Source: Candidatus Undinarchaeota archaeon
GTDB taxonomy: Archaea > SpSt-1190
Assembly (NCBI GenBank): GCA_964549355.1
Contig: CAZJUS010000022.1
Coordinates: 1-13,836 of the forward strand
Reading direction: 5' to 3'
DNA: 13,836 nucleotides
Shown here piece after piece: positions 7,950-13,836 of the stretch. A program made the translations under genes and the position numbers. Below the pieces are notes generated by a model. The model was not told the DNA's origin, searched no databases, and was given only the letters and a program-made list of their open reading frames with translations. Position 1 is the first letter of the stretch. Every line of letters starts with the position of its first letter.

Positions 7950-10205
7950 GTGCCACAGCCCATGGTAGTAGTCCTCGGCCACGCCGACCACGGCAAGACA
8001 GCCCTCATCAGCTTCATCAGAAATCGTGCCAAAAACGTGCCGGAACTCCGTTTTGTGGACACCCCCGGCCACGCCGAATACGCCGACCTGAGGAAGGAGA
8101 CGGGCAAGCTGGCGGACCTGGCTGTGGTGGTGGTGGACCTGAAGAAAGGGGTCAGGGAGCAGACCATCGAAAGCATGGAGCTTCTCCAAAATCTCAATGT
8201 CCCTTTCGTGATTGCAGCCAACAAGGTCGATGCAGTCCGCAGGTATGTGAGCCGTGAAGGGAGCTTCATCGAGAATCTGCAGAGGCAGGATGAAAAAGCC
8301 AGGGAAAATCTCGACAAAAAAGTGAACAAGATAATTGAGAAGCTGGCCAAACTGGGATTCACTGCCGAGAGAGTGGACAGGATTCACGACATCAACAAGC
8401 AAATCTGCATCATCCCGACCTCGGCGGTAACCGGCGAAGGGCTTACAGAAGTGCTGGCAGTCCTGGCGGGGATGGCCCACGGACAGCTCGAACAGAAATT
8501 CAAAGAAGCAGGATTCACAGTGGAGAAGAAAACTTCCGAGAGCAGGGAAAATGAGATTGCACAGCGGATATCCCGTTCACAAATTGCAAAAAAAAAGTAT
8601 GATGAGCTTTACCTGATGATTTCGGACGGCGTGTTCAAAGTAAAAAAGCGCAACCCGAATAAAGGGAATTTGATTGAGATAAAACACCCCAACTTCATGC
8701 CGTCCTTCCAGCGGCCGGTGGTGCTGAAAATCCTCGACCCCTTCCACGGAACCCGGACCGCCAAAATTGTAAAGCAGGGCAATGTGGTAGTCTATACTGA
8801 AAACGGCCAGAGCCGGAGAATGGACGCAAAAACGGCCAGATACACTATTTTTGAGTGGCTGATGGGGCTTGGGGACAAAATCATCCAGATTGACGCCAAC
8901 ACCCGCGAGTATATGGGCGCCGAGCACGGAAGCTTCCCGGACGCCGGCGTAATCGGGGACAGAATCCTTGAAGTCTTTGAAGAAGACCCTTCATACAAAA
9001 TTGTGCTCAGGGGGTTTGCCAAGGACAAGCTGATGAGGATGTGGGTGCAGGGGAACAAAGTCCTCATTCAGGACGAGGAAGGGAAAAAAAGTGAATATGA
9101 AATCAGCAACCAATACCATAGATACTATTTCAAATCGAAAGTGAATAATTTTGTGAAGAAATTCGAGGGGCCCACCAACCTGGTGTTCAAGGCCCCGCCA
9201 GTCCTGCCGGAAGCCCCTGCCGAAGCAAAACCCAAAATCAAAATTCCAATTCCAAAAATTCTCAGGAAGGATGAAAAGAAAAAAGCAGAACCGGAACCTG
9301 AGAAGCTGGTCAAGGAAGCTGTGGAGAAGCCTGCCGAAAAATCCGGAAAAGCTTTGTTCTCGACTGACAAAGACATCAAAAAAATGGAAAGCAGTGCAGA
9401 CTTCCTGGTGGAGTTCACAAGGAGGATGGCCAACGAGCCGGACCTGGACAGGAGGGCGGACCGGCTGAAAAAATCACTGTCCTACGGCAGGCACACCTAC
9501 CAGAAAATCCTGCCTGAAGACGTAAAAAGAGTTGCGCATGCATTCGCATCGGCCATGAAGGACCTCCCTGTGGACCGCCAAAAAGAGCTGATGGAGCTTA
9601 TAATCGACGAAGGCCTGCGGAAGCACATACTGGACCGCCTTGAGAAGCCTGAGGAGCCGGCGGAAGTTCGGCTTGAAACTTCCATAAAACAGCTGGAAGC
9701 AAAAATAGACCAAATCGGCGGGGCGGAAAAATCAAAGCTCATCAAAAAACTGAGGACCATAGAGAAGAAGCTGGAAGGCAGGCCTGTAAGAGAAGTGAAA
9801 AGGCTGGAGGTGCCGGAAAGGAAGCGGGAAACCAAGCCCAGCCTGAAGGACAAACTGCAGGACGAAGCAATCAAAGAAAAAATTGTAGAGAAGGAAGGCC
9901 TGGGAAAAATTGTGAAGAAAAATGAAGTGGAGTCTGAGCTGGAGATGGCGCAGAGGCTGGTGAAGGAAATCGTCGCCCGGAGGATTGCCGGGGAGCTTGA
10001 CCTTGACGAGAGCCAGGTGCTCGACCATCTTGAAGAAGGCGGGTGGATTGACGCCCCCCTCGCTGCACTGGACAAGACTGTGAAGGAAGGGGTCCCTGAG
10101 GACAAAATCAAAGAGGAAGTCGAGAAAATTATAGACTGGATTGACAACAACCTCTACGAAGGGCTGGTGGAAGAATACCGGGAGTCCCGGCAAAACCAAA
10201 CTTAA
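7950..10205 (+). CDS. aIF5B-derived G-domain fusion protein (751 aa): Switch-I-less translational-GTPase G domain, domain shared with the giant protein, Pro/Lys/Glu linker, helical C-terminal region
   Basis: aa 1-183 align with the adjacent aIF5B at about 58% identity by hand count: G1 GHADHGKT, G3 DTPGH, G4 NKVD, G5 SAVT. The GGITQHIG segment is absent. No similarity to aIF5B domains II-IV is visible after aa 183. The ORF is intact. Confidence 0.9.
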   Translation: MPQPMVVVLGHADHGKTALISFIRNRAKNVPELRFVDTPGHAEYADLRKETGKLADLAVVVVDLKKGVREQTIESMELLQNLNVPFVIAANKVDAVRRYVSREGSFIENLQRQDEKARENLDKKVNKIIEKLAKLGFTAERVDRIHDINKQICIIPTSAVTGEGLTEVLAVLAGMAHGQLEQKFKEAGFTVEKKTSESRENEIAQRISRSQIAKKKYDELYLMISDGVFKVKKRNPNKGNLIEIKHPNFMPSFQRPVVLKILDPFHGTRTAKIVKQGNVVVYTENGQSRRMDAKTARYTIFEWLMGLGDKIIQIDANTREYMGAEHGSFPDAGVIGDRILEVFEEDPSYKIVLRGFAKDKLMRMWVQGNKVLIQDEEGKKSEYEISNQYHRYYFKSKVNNFVKKFEGPTNLVFKAPPVLPEAPAEAKPKIKIPIPKILRKDEKKKAEPEPEKLVKEAVEKPAEKSGKALFSTDKDIKKMESSADFLVEFTRRMANEPDLDRRADRLKKSLSYGRHTYQKILPEDVKRVAHAFASAMKDLPVDRQKELMELIIDEGLRKHILDRLEKPEEPAEVRLETSIKQLEAKIDQIGGAEKSKLIKKLRTIEKKLEGRPVREVKRLEVPERKRETKPSLKDKLQDEAIKEKIVEKEGLGKIVKKNEVESELEMAQRLVKEIVARRIAGELDLDESQVLDHLEEGGWIDAPLAALDKTVKEGVPEDKIKEEVEKIIDWIDNNLYEGLVEEYRESRQNQT

Positions 10206-10209
10206 TAAA
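10202..10209 (+). promoter_or_regulatory. Putative TATA box for infB, overlapping the upstream stop codon
   Basis: TTAATAAA 28 nt upstream of ATG 10230. Confidence 0.55.
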
Positions 10210-10229
10210 TCCGCTTGCCGGAGTCTTCA

Positions 10230-11987
10230 ATGCGCCAGCCCATAGTGGTGGTCCTTGGGCATGTGGACCACGGCAAAACCGCCCTGCTTGACTACATCCG
10301 CAAGAGCAAGGTCCAGGTCAAAGAAGCAGGGGGCATCACACAGCATATAGGCGCAACTGAAATCCCTGCGGAGTACATCAAAAAATTCTGCAGGCCGACT
10401 CTGGAGAGGCTGGGCATAAAGGTCACAGTCCCGGAACTGCTTTTTGTGGACACCCCCGGCCACGCTGCATTCTCCAACCTGAGGAAAAGGGGGGGGAGTG
10501 TTGCAGACCTGGCAATCCTGGTCATTGACATCAGGGCGGGGGTCCAGCCCCAGACTCTGGAAAGCATTGAAATCCTGCGCTACTTCAAAGTCCCTTTCAT
10601 AATCGCAGCCAACAAAATTGACACTCTGGGGGAATACGCCAGCAGGGAGGGAAGCTTCCTGGAAAACATCTCGAATCAAAGCCCTCAGGCCAAGTCGGAG
10701 CTGGAAATCAAATGCTATGAGATTGTGAACCGGCTGGCGCAGGAGGGGTTTGAAGCCGAAAGGATTGACAGAATCAAGGACTTCGCCAAGCAAATCTGCG
10801 TGGTCCCGACATCGGCCGTCACAGGGGAGGGGGTGGTTGATTTGCTGGCAGTGCTGGCAGGGCTGGCCCAAAGATACCTGCAGAGCAAGTTGCAGACCAC
10901 GGGCACCACCAGGGGCAACGTGCTGGAAGTGAAGCAGGAGAAGGGCCTGGGCACTACTGCAGATGTGATAATCTACGACGGGCGGCTGAAGGAGGGGGAC
11001 ACCATTGTGCTCGCAGGCAGGGACGAGCCCGTGGTGACCAAAGTCCGCGCCCTGCTCAAGCCGGAGCCCCTCAAGGAAATCCGCACGGAAAAAAAATTCT
11101 TCAGGGTGAAGGAGGTCAGGGCTGCAAGCGGGGTGAAGATATCGGCCCCAAAGCTTGAAAATGTAGTCCCGGGCGGGACCATCCTTGTCGCCGAACCTGA
11201 AGGTGTTGTGAAGGCAGTCGGGGAAATCCGCAAAGAAATGGAGGAGATTGAATTCACCACCGACAAGCTGGGGGTCATTGTGAAGGCCGACGCCCTCGGC
11301 ACCCTCGAAGCCATAGTCAAACTGCTCAAGGCCAAGGAGATTACAGTCAGGAAGGCGGACATAGGGGACATAACCCGCAAGGACATAATGGAGGCTGAGG
11401 AGGTCAGGGCCAGCGACCCGTTTCTGGGGACTGTCCTGGGCTTCAATGTGAAAAATACTGAAGAGGGGCTGGCGGACAGCAAAAAAATAAAGGTGATCCT
11501 GGGGGACATAATCTACCGCATAATTGAAGCCTACGAGCTGTGGGTGGAAACAGAGAAGCAGAAGGTGAGGGAGGAGGAGCTGGACAGGCTGGTCCGCCCG
11601 GCCAAATTCCAGATACTGCCCAACTTTGTCTTCCGGGCGTCAAAGCCGGCAGTGGTGGGTGTGGAGGTGCTGGGAGGGGTCCTGAAGAACCATACACAGC
11701 TCATCCGCGACGACGGGGCGGAAGTGGGCCAGATCAAACAGCTGGAAATCCAGGGGGAGCCTGTAAAGGAAGCCAGAAAAAACAGCAAGCTGGCTGTAAG
11801 CATTGAAGGCCCGACCGTCGGCCGGCAGATAAACGAAGGGGATGTGCTCTACGTTTCAATGAACGAAAACAACTACAAAGGCCTCAAAAAATTCCTGGAC
11901 CTGATGGACGACAGCGAAAGGGAGGTCCTGGAGGAAATTGTAATCATCAAGCGCAGGGACAAAAAAAGCTGGGGCATGCTGGACTGA
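10230..11987 (+). CDS. infB: Archaeal translation initiation factor aIF5B (IF2 family), 585 aa
   Basis: MRQPIVVVLGHVDHGKT (G1), EAGGITQHIGA (Switch I/G2), DTPGHAAFSNLRKRGG (G3), NKID (G4), SAVTGEG (G5), domain II GLGTTADVIIYDG, domain III VKADALGTLEA, domain IV with IEGPTVGRQI. It lacks the bacterial N-terminal extension. ATG 10230 preferred over TTG 10215. Confidence 0.98.
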   Translation: MRQPIVVVLGHVDHGKTALLDYIRKSKVQVKEAGGITQHIGATEIPAEYIKKFCRPTLERLGIKVTVPELLFVDTPGHAAFSNLRKRGGSVADLAILVIDIRAGVQPQTLESIEILRYFKVPFIIAANKIDTLGEYASREGSFLENISNQSPQAKSELEIKCYEIVNRLAQEGFEAERIDRIKDFAKQICVVPTSAVTGEGVVDLLAVLAGLAQRYLQSKLQTTGTTRGNVLEVKQEKGLGTTADVIIYDGRLKEGDTIVLAGRDEPVVTKVRALLKPEPLKEIRTEKKFFRVKEVRAASGVKISAPKLENVVPGGTILVAEPEGVVKAVGEIRKEMEEIEFTTDKLGVIVKADALGTLEAIVKLLKAKEITVRKADIGDITRKDIMEAEEVRASDPFLGTVLGFNVKNTEEGLADSKKIKVILGDIIYRIIEAYELWVETEKQKVREEELDRLVRPAKFQILPNFVFRASKPAVVGVEVLGGVLKNHTQLIRDDGAEVGQIKQLEIQGEPVKEARKNSKLAVSIEGPTVGRQINEGDVLYVSMNENNYKGLKKFLDLMDDSEREVLEEIVIIKRRDKKSWGMLD

Positions 11988-11999
11988 AGGCGGGAAGGC

Positions 12000-12019
12000 T
12001 TAAAAACAGACGGAAGGAG
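12000..12019 (+). promoter_or_regulatory. Putative TATA-like element and possible Shine-Dalgarno upstream of rps6e
   Basis: TTAAAAA at 12000-12006 (28 nt before ATG 12028) and AAGGAG at 12014-12019. Confidence 0.4.
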
Positions 12020-12027
12020 ACTGAAGC

Positions 12028-12447
12028 ATGGCTGAAATTCGCATGGTCATCGGCACCAAGGAAGGCAAATCCTACCAGCTCGCACTTGATGCCGACAAGC
12101 TCGCAAAAATCCGTGGCAAAAAAATAGGGGATAAAATCCAGGGGGAGCTTGTCGGCCTGGCAGGCTATGAACTGGAAATCCGCGGGGGGACCGACAAGAA
12201 CGGCTTCCCGATGAGGCCCGACCTGCCCGGCGCCGTCAAAAAAAGGCTCCTGCTGGCGGGAGGTGTCGGATACCGCCCCAAAGAAAAAGGCGTCAGGAGG
12301 CGGAAGATGGTCCGCGGAAACACCATTGATGAGGATATTGCACAAATCAATGTCACAATTGTCAAAGAAGCGTCAGGGGATGCCAAAAAACTGGAGGCTC
12401 TGCTGGGCAAAAAGGAAGGGGCGGGGGAGCCCCCTGCTAAAAAATAA
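12028..12447 (+). CDS. rps6e: 30S ribosomal protein S6e (eS6)
   Basis: Signature GKKIGD...GLAGYELEIRGGTDKNGFPMRPDLPG...GVRRRKMVRGNTIDEDIAQINV; usual position directly after archaeal infB. Confidence 0.97.
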   Translation: MAEIRMVIGTKEGKSYQLALDADKLAKIRGKKIGDKIQGELVGLAGYELEIRGGTDKNGFPMRPDLPGAVKKRLLLAGGVGYRPKEKGVRRRKMVRGNTIDEDIAQINVTIVKEASGDAKKLEALLGKKEGAGEPPAKK

Positions 12448-12456
12448 TTATATAAA
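12448..12456 (+). promoter_or_regulatory. Putative TATA box
   Basis: TTATATAAA 30 nt upstream of GTG 12478. Confidence 0.65.
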
Positions 12457-12477
12457 TGCTGAAATCATAACCACTCT

Positions 12478-13113
12478 GTGGTAGTCCCATTAAGCTATTT
12501 CGAAACCCGCGTGCGGGTCGACCCGGAGCATCTGAAGGCTTGCGTTGAGCAGTCAGAGGGGATCGAAGCCGTTTATGTCACGACCCTTTCCGACTTGGTC
12601 GGCGACGCCGAAGCGGTGAGCTTCATAAAATCAAATGCGGAGCAGCTCCCAGAGGGCGACGATATCTTCGGGCTTTACGGCATTGCCAAAGAGTATGCCA
12701 AGGAAAAGGGGGTCGACACCGGCAAAAAAGGCTTTGCAGTAGAGATGAAGGTGAACGGCGGCAGATACATAATCTTGAGCGGGGATGCGGAAGGGGAAGG
12801 GCGCCCGCAGGCCATCGTCGAAGTTGTCAAAACAGAGATGGAGCTTGAAAAATGCGCAGCCGAATTTTTCGGGGACGCGGACTACAGAGCTCTCCCGCTG
12901 GTCGAAAAAGGCCCGTATATCAAAAAATCGGAGGTCTACGACCCGGAAAAAGAGCCCATGGACTCAATCAGCAAGCTTGAAGTCGGGGGCAATTATCTCA
13001 CCAACTTCAATATAATCAACAGAAGGACTCCCCGATTGTCAGTAAAAGTTGGAAACTATCTTTTTGAAAGATCCCAGGGCTATCACGAGATACTGACAAT
13101 GAGCCAGTGTTGA
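12478..13113 (+). CDS. Soluble hypothetical protein (211 aa); paralogue of 13154-13836
   Basis: Intact ORF with upstream TATA. Shares the MVVxxS[YW]F start, YVTxL, AKxKGxD, FFGDADY and VxVGxY with the next gene. Confidence 0.85.
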   Translation: MVVPLSYFETRVRVDPEHLKACVEQSEGIEAVYVTTLSDLVGDAEAVSFIKSNAEQLPEGDDIFGLYGIAKEYAKEKGVDTGKKGFAVEMKVNGGRYIILSGDAEGEGRPQAIVEVVKTEMELEKCAAEFFGDADYRALPLVEKGPYIKKSEVYDPEKEPMDSISKLEVGGNYLTNFNIINRRTPRLSVKVGNYLFERSQGYHEILTMSQC

Positions 13114-13123
13114 AAGGGGCAAA

Positions 13124-13131
13124 TTTATAAA
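13124..13131 (+). promoter_or_regulatory. Putative TATA box with purine-rich BRE-like upstream sequence
   Basis: TTTATAAA preceded by GAAAGGGGCAAA, 30 nt upstream of ATG 13154. Confidence 0.7.
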
Positions 13132-13153
13132 CCGCAAATGTTTTTACTACTCC

Positions 13154-13836
13154 ATGGTTGTTTCAACATCTTGGTTCAACGAGGCGCGGGGCAGATTCCT
13201 TGAGAGATACGGGGATACCTCCGAATGGGACCCTGACAAAGTTGTGGAAACCTTTGCAGAGGACTACCTCCTGCCACAAATAAAAAAAGACTTCCGAGGG
13301 CGGAAAAACTTGGAAGAAAAATATGTGACACTCCTCAGGGAAGCAATAGATGGAAATTTCCGTGGTGCCGAAGAACTCAAGTGGTGGGGGAAGAGCCTCA
13401 CAGATGAGCCTTCCTTGGATTCATACGGCTACCAAATACTCAACCAAATTACAAACAGTTTTGCAAAAACTAAAGGCAAAGACCTTGCCGTCAACAGCAA
13501 TTACGCTGCAGAAATTCAGCTGGGGGATGATAAGTACTTGGTCATGGTAGGCAACACTAAAAGCGGACAGCGCCTGTCGACCGTACAAGAAATTCTGAAA
13601 CTTAAAAACTTCAAGTACAGCAAGGCATACGCCAACGGCTTCTTTGGAGACGCCGACTACAGTTTTTATGCCCTGGAGGAAAGCGAGGCGGAAAATCCTA
13701 CAGAATTGCGCATGGACCCGGAAACCTATATGGTTGCCGGAGACGACGGAAGCCTGACTGCAATCCTGATGATGTCCGAAAAGCTGCTGGGCAAGGGGCC
13801 TGTGAGGGTGGGGAAGTACACTGTGGAGCTTGACAG
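13154..13836 (+). CDS. Soluble hypothetical protein, 3' end outside the window (>=227 aa); paralogue of 12478-13113
   Basis: Not in the ORF track. Hand translation is open to the edge: MVVSTSWFNEARGRFLERYGDTSEWDPDKVVETFAEDYLLPQ...KYVTLLREA...FAKTKGKDLAVNSNYAAEIQLGDDKYLVMVGN...NGFFGDADYSFY...GPVRVGKYTVELD. Confidence 0.88.
   Translation, partial: MVVSTSWFNEARGRFLERYGDTSEWDPDKVVETFAEDYLLPQIKKDFRGRKNLEEKYVTLLREAIDGNFRGAEELKWWGKSLTDEPSLDSYGYQILNQITNSFAKTKGKDLAVNSNYAAEIQLGDDKYLVMVGNTKSGQRLSTVQEILKLKNFKYSKAYANGFFGDADYSFYALEESEAENPTELRMDPETYMVAGDDGSLTAILMMSEKLLGKGPVRVGKYTVELD

Noticed and set aside
8588..8603. A9 run forming A_AAA_AAG with an immediate -1-frame stop (GTA TGA), reminiscent of the dnaX frameshift; it would release a stand-alone G domain
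   Set aside because: No convincing downstream stimulatory hairpin. A-runs are frequent in these Lys-rich genes, with another A_AAA_AAG at 8642-8648, so chance is sufficient.
7950..10205. Interpreting the aIF5B-like gene as a pseudogene, an intein-split infB or an assembly duplication
   Set aside because: The frame is intact for 751 codons, divergence is largely conservative, the deletion is in frame and a TATA element is present. No intein terminal motifs are seen. The copies are too diverged to be a mis-assembled repeat.
10489..10496. G8 homopolymer in infB as a phase-variation tract
   Set aside because: It encodes the conserved RGG of Switch II, in frame, in an essential gene.
3..13550. 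Numerous antisense and alternate-frame ORFs in the track (e.g. 3-389 +, 1812-2405 -, 2901-3698 -, 4002-5084 -, 7446-8480 -, 9497-10150 -, 10227-10871 -, 13350-13550 +)
   Set aside because: They overlap well-supported genes. The antisense ones have the Ser/Phe/Leu-rich composition expected from the reverse complement of K/E-rich coding sequence. Similarity between 7446-8480 and 10227-10871 only mirrors the G-domain duplication.
1..13836. tRNA, rRNA, structured ncRNA or hairpin terminators
   Set aside because: All intergenic gaps are under 50 bp and occupied by promoter-like sequence; no cloverleaf or stable hairpin was seen.

Overview
Archaeal chromosomal window, possibly a DPANN-type lineage; that assignment is an inference and cannot be fixed from this sequence. 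The housekeeping anchor is infB (aIF5B, 10230-11987) followed by rps6e (12028-12447). Upstream is an unusual cluster. (i) A 751-aa protein whose N-terminus is a duplicate of the neighbouring aIF5B G domain, with Switch I/G2 deleted in frame and domains II-IV replaced by unrelated sequence. (ii) A ~2030-aa giant protein with ~11-12 N-terminal transmembrane helices, degenerate beta-hairpin repeats and a long coiled-coil stalk with trimeric-adhesin/fibre-like motifs. (iii) A divergently transcribed tandem pair of paralogous membrane proteins. The giant protein and the aIF5B-derived protein share a ~150-aa domain, which suggests a co-evolved system. Downstream is a second tandem pair of unknown paralogues sharing FFGDADY. 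Two genes run off the window edges and are missing from the ORF track (1-814 minus, 13154-13836 plus). Every gene has a TATA-like element starting 28-30 nt before its start codon.
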